Shown here: one piece after another, positions 30,287-41,664 of the stretch
Layout: the number at the start of each line of letters is the position of its first letter
Numbering within the stretch: the first letter of the stretch is position 1
Origin: Methanobacteriota archaeon
Lineage (GTDB): Archaea > Methanobacteriota > Methanobacteria > Methanobacteriales > Methanobacteriaceae
NCBI GenBank assembly: GCA_963787255.1
Contig: CAWBCJ010000010.1
Coordinates: 148,373 to 212,372, forward strand
DNA: 64,000 nucleotides
Direction: 5' to 3'
The notes under the pieces: generated by a model
Seen by the model: only the letters and a program-made list of their open reading frames with translations
Databases searched by the model: none
What the model was told of the DNA's origin: nothing
Position numbers and translations under genes: made by a program

Positions 30287-32239
30287 TTAAATGGCTTTAT
30301 CCAGTCCGTCAACTGCTTCTGGATTTGCAAGGGTGCTTATATCACCTACATCTTCTCCTTTAACTTTTGCTTTTATTACTCTTCTCATTATTTTCCCGCT
30401 TCTTGTTTTAGGAAGATCATCAACAAAATATACGTATTTTGGCGTTGCAATAGGCCCTATTTCAATTTTAACATGATATTTTAGGGCATCATTTAGTTCA
30501 GGTGAAGTTTTGTAGTTTGATTTTAAAATGACAAATGCTGTTATTTCTTCACCTTTTATTGGATCGGGTTTCCCGACAACTGCAGCTTCAGCCACTGCTT
30601 CATGGCTTACAAGCGCCGATTCAACTTCAGCAGTACTTATTCTATGTCCAGCTACGTTTAAAACGTCGTCTTCACGTCCTTGAATCCAGAAATAACCTTC
30701 ATCATCTTTTCTTGCCACGTCTCCGCTTAAATAATTACCTTTAAATTCGCTCCAGTATGCATCAATGTATCTTTGAGGATCCTTGTATAGGGTCCTAAAC
30801 ATGGATGGCCAGGGAGTTTTAATAACAAGATGTCCTCCTTTATCTGTTAATGGATTTCCTTCTTCATCAAATATATCTGCTTCAATTGTTGGGAATGGCT
30901 TTACTGCTGAACCTGGTTTAAGTGTAGATATGGGTAGAGGTGTAATAAGGTGCATTCCAGTTTCTGTCTGCCACCATGTATCCATTATAGGGCATTTTTC
31001 CCCTCCAATATACTTATAATACCATATCCATGCTTCGGGGTTAATTGGTTCGCCTACAGATCCTAAAAGTCTCAATGAACTTATATCATATTTATCAGGC
31101 CATTTTTCACCGTATTTCATGAACATTCGTATTGTTGTAGGTGCTGTATAAAAAACTGTAACTTTGTAATCTTCTATCATCTTCCAGAACCTTCCAGGAT
31201 CTGGATAATCAGGAGTACCTTCAAACATGACTGATGTTGCACCGCAAAGTAGTGGAGCATAGACTATATAGCTGTGCCCGGTGATCCAGCCAATATCAGC
31301 TGCACACCACCATATATCCTCGTCTTTAATGTCAAAAACAAATTTTTGGGTAGCATATACACCAACAGCATACCCTCCGTGGACATGCATTACTCCTTTT
31401 GGTTTTCCTGTTGTTCCAGAGGTGTATAAAATGAATAGGGGATCTTCTGGGTCCATAGGTTCAGTTTCACAGCGTTCATCCATATTTTCGGTAATTTCAT
31501 GCCACCAGAGGTCTCTGTAATCATCCATTTCAATTTCAAGTCCCGCATGTTTGACTACAATCAAATTTGTTACTGTTGGGGTTTTATCAAGTATGTCATC
31601 AACATTTTCTTTAAGAGGAAGGAGTTTACCTCTTCTTGTAAATCCATCTGCAGTTATGGCTATTTTTGCCTCAGAATCGTTTATCCTATCTTGAAATGCC
31701 TTTGCCCAGAATCCAGAAAATACAACGGAGTGAATAGCACCTATTTTAGCACAGGCAAGCATTGCAATTGGAAGTTCGAGTATCATGGGTAAATAAATAC
31801 TAACTCTATCTCCTTTTTTAACGCCTAAATTTTTAAGTGCATTTGCAAATTTGTTTACTTCCTTCCACAGTTCAAAATAAGTTATTTTTTTTGTGTTACC
31901 ATCTTCTGATTCTAAGATATATGCTATTTTATCTTTATTTTCATTTTTAACGTGCCGGTCTAAAGCATTGTGCACTATGTTAAATTTTCCTTCTAAAAAC
32001 CATTCTGCATGAGGTGGATTCCATTTTAAGACTTCTTCATAATTTTGGAACCATTCAAGTTCTCCAGCAATTTCATTCCAAAACCATTCCGGATTTTGGC
32101 CTGCTTTTTCTAGTAGTTCATCATAATTTTTAATTTTATATTTTTTCATCCATCTTGAGATATTGCTTTTTTCTAAAAGCTCATTTGAAGGTTTAAATGT
32201 TCGTTCTTCTTTGAGTAATGCCTCTAAATCTTTTGACAT
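30287..32239 (-). CDS. acs: Acetate-CoA ligase (AMP-forming)
   Basis: [32 protein letters not shown]. Confidence 0.97.
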   Translation of the reverse strand: MSKDLEALLKEERTFKPSNELLEKSNISRWMKKYKIKNYDELLEKAGQNPEWFWNEIAGELEWFQNYEEVLKWNPPHAEWFLEGKFNIVHNALDRHVKNENKDKIAYILESEDGNTKKITYFELWKEVNKFANALKNLGVKKGDRVSIYLPMILELPIAMLACAKIGAIHSVVFSGFWAKAFQDRINDSEAKIAITADGFTRRGKLLPLKENVDDILDKTPTVTNLIVVKHAGLEIEMDDYRDLWWHEITENMDERCETEPMDPEDPLFILYTSGTTGKPKGVMHVHGGYAVGVYATQKFVFDIKDEDIWWCAADIGWITGHSYIVYAPLLCGATSVMFEGTPDYPDPGRFWKMIEDYKVTVFYTAPTTIRMFMKYGEKWPDKYDISSLRLLGSVGEPINPEAWIWYYKYIGGEKCPIMDTWWQTETGMHLITPLPISTLKPGSAVKPFPTIEADIFDEEGNPLTDKGGHLVIKTPWPSMFRTLYKDPQRYIDAYWSEFKGNYLSGDVARKDDEGYFWIQGREDDVLNVAGHRISTAEVESALVSHEAVAEAAVVGKPDPIKGEEITAFVILKSNYKTSPELNDALKYHVKIEIGPIATPKYVYFVDDLPKTRSGKIMRRVIKAKVKGEDVGDISTLANPEAVDGLDKAI

Positions 32240-32369
32240 TTTATCTCCTCAAGTTTTAGAATATTATAATTATGGTAATTTATTATTATTATCTAATTTA
32301 AATCATAAAAATTGATTGATTTTTTTGTTGAATTAAATTTAATTAAAATAAAAACATAATAGTAATATA

Positions 32370-33986
32370 ATGGTGCCGCATGATACTAGGATAAGATGTG
32401 CAGATGCTCTTGTTAAAATTTTAGAAGAGAATGATGTTAAATTTATTTTTGGACATCCTGGAGAACAGATTTTGCCTTTTTACGATGCATTAAGGAGTTC
32501 AAGCATTAAACATGTTCTTATGCGTCATGAGCAGGGAGCTGCTCATGCTGCAGATGGATATGCGAGGGTTTCATCTAATTTTGGTGTGTGTGTTGCAACA
32601 GCCGGTCCGGGGGCTTTAAACTTAACTATGGGTATTGCAACTGCTTTTAAAGATTCAGTTCCTATGATTATAATTACTGGAGATGTACCTCGAGATCTTA
32701 AAGGTAAGAATGTATTTCAGGACATTGATTTGAATGCAATTTTTAAACCTATAACGCTGGAAACGTTTCATATAGAAAGCGTTGAAGATGGTGTTTTGAA
32801 ATTAAAGGGTGCAATTGAATTAATTAAGCATGGTAAAACGGGGCCGGTTCATCTAAATTTTCCTAAAGATGTTCTTGAGGATTTTGTTGATATAGAAGTT
32901 CTAAATGAAAATGTGGAATTTTCAACAATGCCTCCGTTAAAGGGGATTGAATATGCAATTAAATTAATGGAAAGTTCTGAAAGGCCGCTTATTCTTGCTG
33001 GTACTGGTATTATATGGGCACATGCTGTGGATGAATTTAGAGATTTTGTTATAAGAAATTCTATTCCAGTTGCAACAACCTACTCTGCAAGGGGTGTTTT
33101 ATCTGAAGACCATCCTTTGTGTCTTGGAATGATTGGTCTTAGGGGTACTACTGCTGCTAACTTTGCAGGTAAAAATTGTGACCTCCTTATTGCCTTAGGA
33201 TGTAGATTTTCAGAAAGAACAAGATTAGGAATTGGAAAAACGGAAATAATTCATGTAAACCCTGATCCGAATGTTCTTGAAGGAAATATTAAAATTCAAG
33301 GAGATGCAGGTGAATTTTTAAATAAAATAAAGGATATAAATGTTACTAGCAAAGATGAATGGCTTAAAGAATTGCAAAACCACAAAAGAAGTTACAATAT
33401 TAAAACTAACTACAGTGATATTCCAATAAAGCCTCAAAGGGCAATAAAGGAAATATTGGATGCTTCAGATGATGCAATAACTATTAGTGATGCGGGAACA
33501 CATACTACTTGGGTTAATCTTCTTAAAAAGATCACCAGGCCGTCTGAACTGATTTTTTCCGGTGGATTCGGGCCAATGGGCTATGGTCTACCGGCAGCTA
33601 TCGGTGCTTCACTTGCAAATCCTAAAAAAAAGGTTGTTTTAGTAGTTGGCGACGGTGGATTCCAGATGACGGAGCAGGAACTTGCAGTAATAGCTCAAGA
33701 AAAAATTGGGGTTCTGATTTGTATTATAAACAATTGTTGTCTTGGAATCATAAAACAGTGGCAAGATATGAATTATAGGGAAAGATATGAGGTTGAACTT
33801 GAAAATCCTGACTTCGTTGAGCTTGCAAAGGCATATGGTATTAAAGGAGAAAGAGTAGGTGCTCCGGATGATGTGTATAATGCAGTTAAAAAAGGATTAG
33901 GGTTGGAAGAACCATATTTAATTGATATAATGGTTGATAAGGAAGAAGGAATAATTTTACCTAAGGTAAGCCCTCCAGAACATTAA
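32370..33986 (+). CDS. ThDP-dependent enzyme, acetolactate synthase large-subunit-like
   Basis: RHEQGAAHAADGYAR, GPGA.N, GDGGFQM...NN. Confidence 0.9.
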   Translation: MVPHDTRIRCADALVKILEENDVKFIFGHPGEQILPFYDALRSSSIKHVLMRHEQGAAHAADGYARVSSNFGVCVATAGPGALNLTMGIATAFKDSVPMIIITGDVPRDLKGKNVFQDIDLNAIFKPITLETFHIESVEDGVLKLKGAIELIKHGKTGPVHLNFPKDVLEDFVDIEVLNENVEFSTMPPLKGIEYAIKLMESSERPLILAGTGIIWAHAVDEFRDFVIRNSIPVATTYSARGVLSEDHPLCLGMIGLRGTTAANFAGKNCDLLIALGCRFSERTRLGIGKTEIIHVNPDPNVLEGNIKIQGDAGEFLNKIKDINVTSKDEWLKELQNHKRSYNIKTNYSDIPIKPQRAIKEILDASDDAITISDAGTHTTWVNLLKKITRPSELIFSGGFGPMGYGLPAAIGASLANPKKKVVLVVGDGGFQMTEQELAVIAQEKIGVLICIINNCCLGIIKQWQDMNYRERYEVELENPDFVELAKAYGIKGERVGAPDDVYNAVKKGLGLEEPYLIDIMVDKEEGIILPKVSPPEH

Positions 33987-34026
33987 TATTATTAGTATGA
34001 AAATAAATAGTATATAGTGTGATTGT

Positions 34027-35385
34027 ATGAAGGTTCTTTTAATAAATCCGCCAGATACAGCTTCAAAATATAAATTTATTGGCCTTGTAGCTCCTCCTTT
34101 AGGTATAGGTTACATAGCGGCAGTTCTTGAAGAAAACGACATTGAAGTTAAGATAATAGATGGTTCTGCCCTTGAAATGAGCTGGGAAGAACTAGAAAAA
34201 GAAATTTATACTTATTCTCCAAATATAATTGGGATTACAGCATTAACGCCAACTATCAATCAAGCTCTAAAAACAGCTAGAATTGCTAAAAACACATGTA
34301 ATGACGCACTTGTTGTTTTAGGAGGATACCATCCAACATTTACTTATGATGAACTTTTAAAAAATGATTTTGTAGATATAGTGGCTTTTGGAGAAGGCGA
34401 ATACACTATGCTGGAACTTGCAAAGGCAGTTGAAAATGAAACAGATCTAAAGGAAGTTAAAGGAATAGCTACCAAAGAATTTGTAACTCCTTCAAGACCT
34501 ATTATAGAGGATTTAGATGAATTACCATTTCCAGCAAGACATCTTCTACCCATGGACAAGTATAAAATCATTAACATGAAACTTACAACTGGAACTTTAA
34601 TTTCTGGAAGAGGATGTCCTCATAAGTGTTCTTTTTGCTCATCAGCAGCAATGCATGGGCATAAACTAAGAATGAGATCATCTGAAAATATTGTTGATGA
34701 AATGGAGCATCTATTGAACGTACATGATGCGGAGATGATGGCGTTTATGGATGATACATTTACAATGAATAGAAAAAGAGTTGAAGAAGTGTGCGCAGAG
34801 ATTAAAGAGAGGGGACTTGATTTTTATTGGGGATGCACAGCAAGAGCGGATACTTTAAATAAGAATTTATTGGGAAAAATGAAGGATTCAGGATGCATTA
34901 CTCTATTTTTAGGAGTAGAATCTGCAGATCAGCAACGTTTAGATAATTTAAACAAAAGAGTTACTATAGATCGAATAAAAAAGACATTTGAAATTACAAA
35001 TGAGCTTGATGTTAGAACAATTGCTTCTGCAGTTCTTGGAATGCCCGGAGACACCAAACAGAGCATTGAAAAAACAATAAATTTCGTTAAAAGCCTTAAT
35101 CCATCATATGCTGTATTTTCACTTGCCACACCATATCCTGGAACTGATTTTTATGTCAACGCGTCCAAACAGAACCTTATTAAAGTTAACGACTGGTCAA
35201 AATATACTCTGTTGAGTCCAGTCTTAGAAACTGTTGATTGTTCCTTAGAAGAACTTAAGAGTCTTCAAAAGCAGGCATTCAGGGATTTTTACCTGCGTCC
35301 AAGTTATATAATCCGACAGGCGTGGATGGATGGTTTTATAATCCTTAAAACTGTTGGTGCAATGATTAAGGATGTTAGTAGATAA
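34027..35385 (+). CDS. B12-binding radical SAM protein
   Basis: PPLG, GGYHPT, GEGE; RGCPHKCSFC (CxxxCxxC); GVES. Confidence 0.92.
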   Translation: MKVLLINPPDTASKYKFIGLVAPPLGIGYIAAVLEENDIEVKIIDGSALEMSWEELEKEIYTYSPNIIGITALTPTINQALKTARIAKNTCNDALVVLGGYHPTFTYDELLKNDFVDIVAFGEGEYTMLELAKAVENETDLKEVKGIATKEFVTPSRPIIEDLDELPFPARHLLPMDKYKIINMKLTTGTLISGRGCPHKCSFCSSAAMHGHKLRMRSSENIVDEMEHLLNVHDAEMMAFMDDTFTMNRKRVEEVCAEIKERGLDFYWGCTARADTLNKNLLGKMKDSGCITLFLGVESADQQRLDNLNKRVTIDRIKKTFEITNELDVRTIASAVLGMPGDTKQSIEKTINFVKSLNPSYAVFSLATPYPGTDFYVNASKQNLIKVNDWSKYTLLSPVLETVDCSLEELKSLQKQAFRDFYLRPSYIIRQAWMDGFIILKTVGAMIKDVSR

Positions 35386-35640
35386 TTAGTATATATTTTT
35401 TTTATGTATAGATTCTTTTCACAATTTTATGGTCTGTAGATATTCTCATTTTATTTTCCTCAGTACGAAAGGCATATAAAAGCTCATTTTTTTTCACAAA
35501 TAATTCAACTAAAGTATAAATGTTTGTGAAAACACTAAAGAAAGTTGAAGAAACGATTAAAAGATTGAAGGGCATATTAAAGAACTTTTTAGGAAATACA
35601 AGATAATAATATAAATTATTTTTTATTAAATAAAAACGAA

Positions 35641-36834
35641 ATGTTGATAAAAAAAATGGAAGAAGAACTTAAAATCCTTATGCTGGAAGACGTCCAGTAC
35701 GATGCCGAACTGGTAAAATACGAGTTGCGGCGTGAAGGTATAAAATTTTTATCAGTGAGAGTGGAAACAGAGATTGACTTTGTAAGGGGACTTGAAAACT
35801 TTAAACCAGATATAATATTGGTTGATCATTCTCTTCCTAATTTTGATGGGATTTCAGCTTTAGAAATAGCTCAAAAAAGATCTCCGGATACACCTTTTAT
35901 TTTTGTAAGTGGAAAAATAGGGGGCGAATTCGCTGTAGAAATGCTAAAAAAAGGTGCTACAGACTACGTCTTTAAAAATAACCTTACAAAATTAGCACCT
36001 GCAGTTAAAAGAGCTCTTACAGAACGTAATGAACTTGCTGAACTTAAAAAAAGCAAAAAGCAATTACAAAGGGCCCTTAAAGAAAAAGAAATGCTCATAA
36101 AAGAAATTCATCATAGAGTCAAAAATAATTTGATGATCATATCCAGTTTGCTTGAGCTCCAATCTCATTATATAAATGATGAAAAGGACTTTGATTTCTT
36201 CAGGGAAAGTAAAAATCGGGCATATTCAATGGCGCTGATACACGAAAGACTTTATCGATCAAATAACCTTAAAGTGATTGATTTTGAAGATTACATCCGC
36301 AAACTGGCAGTTGATTTATTTGGTGTTTATGCAATTGATCCGGATCAAATAAAGCTCATCTTTAATGTTGAAGATATTGTGCTGGATGTTAATACAGCAA
36401 TTCCACTGGGTTTAATAATAAATGAATTATTAACAAACAGTTTGAAATATGCATTTCCAACGAACGTGAATCGCGGATCAGCAAATGAAAAATTTGCTAA
36501 TCCCAAGACTGTAGGTCGTGAGTCCGAAAATGGAAAATTTTCAAGTCTGGTAACTAAGGATTATGGAAATACTGACGGGGCATCAGAAAGTCCAAGTGGG
36601 ATTAACAATATTACTATAAATTTAATTAAAAATGATGATGAATTTACATTAATGGTTAAAGATAATGGTATAGGATTCCCTGAAGACGTGGACTTTAAAA
36701 ATACAGATAGCATGGGATTAGAACTTGTAAATAGTCTTACAAAACAAATAGATGGCATTATAGAGCTTGATAATGTTGATGGAACTGAATTCAAAATTAC
36801 TTTTAAAGAATTGGATTATAATGGGAGCATTTGA
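35641..36834 (+). CDS. Hybrid receiver / HisKA_2 histidine kinase
   Basis: Receiver domain (ED, D, K), EIHHRVKNNL, NELLTNSLKYAF, DNGIG, MGLELV. Confidence 0.92.
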   Translation: MLIKKMEEELKILMLEDVQYDAELVKYELRREGIKFLSVRVETEIDFVRGLENFKPDIILVDHSLPNFDGISALEIAQKRSPDTPFIFVSGKIGGEFAVEMLKKGATDYVFKNNLTKLAPAVKRALTERNELAELKKSKKQLQRALKEKEMLIKEIHHRVKNNLMIISSLLELQSHYINDEKDFDFFRESKNRAYSMALIHERLYRSNNLKVIDFEDYIRKLAVDLFGVYAIDPDQIKLIFNVEDIVLDVNTAIPLGLIINELLTNSLKYAFPTNVNRGSANEKFANPKTVGRESENGKFSSLVTKDYGNTDGASESPSGINNITINLIKNDDEFTLMVKDNGIGFPEDVDFKNTDSMGLELVNSLTKQIDGIIELDNVDGTEFKITFKELDYNGSI

Positions 36835-37120
36835 TGTCTGGAAGAAAAAATATATATTAATTGTTGATAGATACTGGACATGCTAATTTAAAGAGCTAAT
36901 GCGTGACTTAATTTTTTTTTTGAGGGATATAGTTTTAAAATGAAAAAAAATGGGTGTATATATGTCTAATTTAAGGTAAATATCGTTTGAAACATTCACT
37001 TTCTTATGGTAACAATAAAAAAAAATATAATAAATTGCACAGTATTTTTTTTGAGCAAAAAAGGAAAATGGGGATTTCTTTTTTTATTTAATCTGTATTT
37101 TAAATAAAATAAAAAGGAAA

Positions 37121-38278
37121 TTAGAAGTGTGGAGATGCAAGATAAGTATCTGCTACAGCACCGGTTCCTTCTCCAAGGGTTACATCAAATTTAAGGCCTT
37201 TTAATGTCATTTCGAGGGCTGAAATTGTTGTAACAATGTCCTTATATGTAACGTTACCCATGTGTCCTATTCTAAATACATTGCCTTTAAGGTGATCCTG
37301 ACCGCCTGCAAGTACAATTTTGTATTTATCTCTCATTGTGCCTCTCATGTCTTTATCTGAAACTCCTTTAGGCATTTTAATTGCTGTAACTGTTGCAGAT
37401 GAAACTTCTTTTTGTGCGAATAATTCCAGACCAATGGCTTGAACACCATTTCTTGTGGCTTCTGCTGCTAAGTGATGTCTTTTAATCCTGCTTTCAAGTC
37501 CTTCTTCCATTATCACATTTAAAGCCTCGCGCATGGCGTACATTAAAGATACAGATGGAGTATATGGAGTTTCTGGTGGTTCGTTATTTCCGTATTTCCG
37601 GTATTTCCTCATGTCGAGATAATAAGAGTTAGAATCCACTTTATCAATTACTTCCCATGCATCGTCACTAACAGTAATTGCAGCAATTCCTGGCGGTGCT
37701 GCAAGACATTTTTGTGAACCGGTTACGCAAATATCAATGTTATAGTCATCTACAGCCACATCGTCCCCTCCAAGGGAAGATACGGTATCTACAACGTATA
37801 ATGCATCGTAATCTTTTACAATTTTCCCTACATCTTCTATAGGGTTAGTAACACCAGTTGAAGTTTCGTTGTGCACGATTGTCACGGCTTTAATTTCGTC
37901 ATCCTCTTCTAAAATGTTTTTAACATCTTCGGGATTGACTCCTGTTCCCCATTCCACATTATGGACAATTGTTGATCCTTTGTTGGCTTCAGATATCTGT
38001 GTAAATCGTTGACCGAATTTTCCACCGACAATGTTCAGTATTTTGTCTCCTTTATTTAGAATGTTTCCAACAGCTGCTTCCATAGCTGCTGTTCCAGAAC
38101 CGGTTATGGTGTAAGATTTGTTTTGGGTCTGGAATATTTCAGACATCATTTCATTGGTTTCAACTAGAATTTCAGCAAATTCAGCGCTTCTATGGTTTAT
38201 TATAGCCTCTGACATAGCTTTTAATACACGCGGAGCTACTTGAGTAGGTCCTGGTATCATTAACAATGTTTCCTCCAT
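37121..38278 (-). CDS. Class V PLP aminotransferase (serine-glyoxylate/phosphoserine type)
   Basis: LMIPGP, HNETSTG, DTVSS, GSQKC, FRIGHMG. Confidence 0.92.
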   Translation of the reverse strand: MEETLLMIPGPTQVAPRVLKAMSEAIINHRSAEFAEILVETNEMMSEIFQTQNKSYTITGSGTAAMEAAVGNILNKGDKILNIVGGKFGQRFTQISEANKGSTIVHNVEWGTGVNPEDVKNILEEDDEIKAVTIVHNETSTGVTNPIEDVGKIVKDYDALYVVDTVSSLGGDDVAVDDYNIDICVTGSQKCLAAPPGIAAITVSDDAWEVIDKVDSNSYYLDMRKYRKYGNNEPPETPYTPSVSLMYAMREALNVIMEEGLESRIKRHHLAAEATRNGVQAIGLELFAQKEVSSATVTAIKMPKGVSDKDMRGTMRDKYKIVLAGGQDHLKGNVFRIGHMGNVTYKDIVTTISALEMTLKGLKFDVTLGEGTGAVADTYLASPHF

Positions 38279-38352
38279 TTTTAATCCTCCAAATCAAATT
38301 AATTAACTTAAACAAGTTTATTTATATATATTATATAATATATCTCCTTTAT

Positions 38353-39114
38353 ATGAATTTGAATATATGGTTTTCATGGTATAAAAGAATATTAGATGAA
38401 TTTTCTTTTAGTAGGGAAGACGACGAAAAATCAGCAAAAATGCTAGATAATATATTGAACAAACAGGGGAGCTTAAAACCATCTCAAATTGATATAAAAG
38501 ACAAAATAATTGTTTTTGGGGCGGGGCCCTCCCTTAAAAGAAATATTAAAGAATTAAAGGAATTAAATTTAGATGATTTCACGTTAATTGCAGCTGATGG
38601 AGCTACAACTGCACTTTTAGAGGAAAATATTATTCCAAATATCATTGTTACGGATTTAGACGGTCAAATGGAGGATATAATTAAATCAAATAATGAAGGG
38701 GCTATTTTAGTTGTTCATGCACATGGAAACAACATTGATAAAATAGAAAAGTATGTTCCTGAACTTCATAGTATTTTGGGAACCACTCAAAGCGTCCCGC
38801 TCAAAAATGTTTATAATTTTGGGGGATTTACCGATGGAGATAGATGTATATTTTTAGCAACTGAGTTGGGGACAAAATTAATTGTTTTAGCGGGAATGGA
38901 CTTTGGTAAAATCGTTACGAGATATTCAAGGCCGGATTTATCTAATTTTGAGGATAAAGCAGATAAAATAAAAGAAATGAAGCTTAAATATGCAAAGGCA
39001 CTCACTGAATGGGCTGGAAAAAATGAAGAAGTTAAAATATTGAATTTATCTGGTGGAGAAAATTTAAATGGAATTGAAAATATTGGAATTGAAAATATTC
39101 TCCACATGAAATAA
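38353..39114 (+). CDS. mptE: 6-hydroxymethyl-7,8-dihydropterin pyrophosphokinase MptE
   Basis: GAGPSL, AADGA, VTDLDG, HAHGNN, NFGGFTDGDR; start placed at ATG 38353. Confidence 0.9.
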   Translation: MNLNIWFSWYKRILDEFSFSREDDEKSAKMLDNILNKQGSLKPSQIDIKDKIIVFGAGPSLKRNIKELKELNLDDFTLIAADGATTALLEENIIPNIIVTDLDGQMEDIIKSNNEGAILVVHAHGNNIDKIEKYVPELHSILGTTQSVPLKNVYNFGGFTDGDRCIFLATELGTKLIVLAGMDFGKIVTRYSRPDLSNFEDKADKIKEMKLKYAKALTEWAGKNEEVKILNLSGGENLNGIENIGIENILHMK

Positions 39115-39144
39115 TCATTATTCAATTATTTTAGATACTTCTTT

Positions 39145-39426
39145 TTATTTCATTTTCTTATATTTTAGGTCTATATCATCACTTAGTGCTTTTATTCTCT
39201 TTTCTAGATCTTTTGTTTCACTTTTAAATTCTTCATCACTTTTTTTAGTTGCTAGCTGCATTACAAGCTTTGCAACCTTAAATTGAGTTTCCCCAAGCTT
39301 GTTCATAATTTTTCCCATTTCCTGATACTTGGCGCCTTGTTCTTGTCCTTTCTCTCCCCATTTTTTATCCCAATGTTGTTTCCAGTATTTTTCCCAATTT
39401 CCTTCTTCATGCTTCCATTCTTTCAT
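39145..39426 (-). CDS. Hypothetical protein, Trp/Lys-rich N-terminus and coiled-coil C-terminus
   Basis: 93-aa ORF with AGGAG SD. Confidence 0.6.
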   Translation of the reverse strand: MKEWKHEEGNWEKYWKQHWDKKWGEKGQEQGAKYQEMGKIMNKLGETQFKVAKLVMQLATKKSDEEFKSETKDLEKRIKALSDDIDLKYKKMK

Positions 39427-39613
39427 ATTTACGTTCTCCTAAAATGGTTAATAAAATAATTCTAATCATTATTTTTAATATTTTATAATTGTTAATCAGC
39501 AATCTATTTAATAATATTTAGTATATTATTATTAAAATATTTTAGGAAATTAATTATATATAACGTAAATATAAGTAAATTAAATCTTGAAATTACATTA
39601 GGAAATAGATATA

Positions 39614-39943
39614 ATGCAAATAGCTGAATCGCTTATTTATTTTATAATTGCAGGGTTGTGTGAAATCGGCGGCGGATACCTTGTATGGCTCTGGCTGCGT
39701 GAAGGAGCAAGTATCTGGTTTGGAGTTTTCGGTGCCGTAATTCTAGTTCTCTATGGAATTATTCCTACACTTCAGCCGGCGAATTTTGGACGAGTATATG
39801 CTGCATACGGAGGAGTATTCATAGTAATGGCTATAATATGGGGATGGCAAGTAGATAAGATAACTCCAGACAAATTTGATATAATTGGTGGCTTAATTGC
39901 TCTTATAGGTGTCTTTGTAATAATGTATTGGCCCCGCGGTTAA
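39614..39943 (+). CDS. YnfA/UPF0060 small membrane protein
   Basis: [25 protein letters not shown]. Confidence 0.93.
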   Translation: MQIAESLIYFIIAGLCEIGGGYLVWLWLREGASIWFGVFGAVILVLYGIIPTLQPANFGRVYAAYGGVFIVMAIIWGWQVDKITPDKFDIIGGLIALIGVFVIMYWPRG

Positions 39944-40189
39944 TCATTAAAACTACATTATTTTTCATTAAAATAGGAGCGGAACACGCTCAAAAAATAG
40001 AAAATAAACTCTAAAAAGTTTTTTTATCTAAAATATTCATTTTAATTTTTTTTTATCCATATACCTTTAAGCTTATTAATATATTTTAAATAGAGGAGTG
40101 GATACGATTATTATATATAGCCGTTTATCGTAATTTCTTATAGATATTAAAAATAACTCTACTACATATGGATTTTTTAGGTAAAAAAT

Positions 40190-41314
40190 ATGGACATTGA
40201 TGATCTTCTGCTTTACGATGAAACTCTGTTTAAAAATATAGATGCATTTAATCCAGATTACATTCCCGAAAATTTCATGCATCGAAAATCACAGATAGAA
40301 GCGCTTGCACTCAGCATTCGCCCTGCTTTAAGAAACGGAAGACCTGTTAATGCAGTTGTATTGGGTTCATGTGCTACAGGAAAAACAACAGCCATTAAAA
40401 AAATATTTGAAATGGTTGAGAGAGCTTCAGATAAGGTTGTTTGTGTTTATATAAACTGCCAGATACATACAACCAGATTCGGGATTTTTTCGCAGATTTA
40501 TCAAAAATTATTCGGCCACACGCCGCCGGAAACAGGAGTTCCCTTTTCAAGAATTTATCAAAACATCATGCAGAATCTTTCAAACGAAAAAAAGTCGCTC
40601 ATTGTAGCATTGGACGATATTAATTACTTATTTTACAGTAAAAATGCTAATAAGATATTTTATGATATTTTACGTGCTCACGAAGCATTTGAAGGAATCA
40701 GAACAGGAGTATTTGCCATATTATCAGACATTGAATTCAGATTTATCCTTGATAAGAATGTTAATTCCATATTCATCCCTCAAGAGATAATATTTAATCC
40801 ATATAACAAAGAAGAAATGCGGGATATCTTAAAGGAAAGATCAAAAATTGGATTTTATGCAGATGTGATTTCTGAAGGATTAATAGATGAAATAGCTGAA
40901 TATGCATCATCCAGCGGCGATCTAAGAGTGGGAATTGATCTGCTTAGAATAAGCGGAAACCTTGCTGAAGCTGACGCTTCAAAAACTATAGAAAAAAAGC
41001 ACATAGATGAGGCACTGAAAAGCACAGGTTCTATAAATCTAACTTATACTTTAAAATCATTGTCTGATGAGGAAATAGCTTTGCTGGATATTATAAGACT
41101 ATCCAAAACAGATTTAACTGCGGGTGATCTCTATGAAGAATTCAGCAAAAGGACAAGATCAAGCTACGCTTCTTTTAACCGTATTTTAAATAAAATTGAA
41201 TTTTTAAGGCTTATCGATACTAGATTCACTGGAAAAGGCGTTAAAGGTAATTCAAGAGTAATAATACTCAGATTTGAACCAGAAGAAATAAAAAAGTGCA
41301 TGAATCCACTTTAA
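40190..41314 (+). CDS. cdc6: Orc1/Cdc6 replication initiator homolog
   Basis: PDYIP, Walker A GSCATGKT, YINC, LDD Walker B, GDLRVGI, C-terminal wHTH. Confidence 0.93.
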   Translation: MDIDDLLLYDETLFKNIDAFNPDYIPENFMHRKSQIEALALSIRPALRNGRPVNAVVLGSCATGKTTAIKKIFEMVERASDKVVCVYINCQIHTTRFGIFSQIYQKLFGHTPPETGVPFSRIYQNIMQNLSNEKKSLIVALDDINYLFYSKNANKIFYDILRAHEAFEGIRTGVFAILSDIEFRFILDKNVNSIFIPQEIIFNPYNKEEMRDILKERSKIGFYADVISEGLIDEIAEYASSSGDLRVGIDLLRISGNLAEADASKTIEKKHIDEALKSTGSINLTYTLKSLSDEEIALLDIIRLSKTDLTAGDLYEEFSKRTRSSYASFNRILNKIEFLRLIDTRFTGKGVKGNSRVIILRFEPEEIKKCMNPL

Positions 41315-41487
41315 ATACCTGCAAACATGTTGGAATTAGGATAAGCAGCCACGCAAAGAACGCTTATTATCAAAATCATTACAATCATTCCTATTAAAGC
41401 TAATGATTGTAGATTAAACTGCTCTAAATTCATAAAACTTTTTCTTCTTCTTAAATCAACTGAAACACTTCGACTATTTTTCAACAT
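41311..41487 (-). CDS. 58-aa single-TM small protein (not in the ORF track)
   Basis: MLKNSRSVSVDLRRRKSFMNLEQFNLQSLALIGMIVMILIISVLCVAAYPNSNMFAGI; AAGGAGTGG SD; stop overlaps the cdc6 stop. Confidence 0.6.
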   Translation of the reverse strand: MLKNSRSVSVDLRRRKSFMNLEQFNLQSLALIGMIVMILIISVLCVAAYPNSNMFAGI

Positions 41488-41664
41488 TTAACCACTCCTT
41501 TTATAGTATCCTCTTTGTAGGGTTATTTAAAGAAAGAGATAGAGAGCACGTGAAAAGTAATCAAAAAAGGTAAAATGATTTCCAAAAATTTATATCAACT
41601 TAATAACATAAATGTTCAATATATTATCATAAATTTGATTTTTTTGTTTATGGGGGAATCACTA

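Noticed and set aside
38266-38352. N-terminal extension of mptE (likewise the extensions from 41575, 60408 and 63059)
   Set aside because: AT-rich promoter-like DNA read in frame; better-supported downstream starts exist
39944-40189. Replication origin upstream of cdc6
   Set aside because: Short intergenic region with no repeated ORB or mini-ORB motifs visible; probably the non-origin Cdc6 paralog
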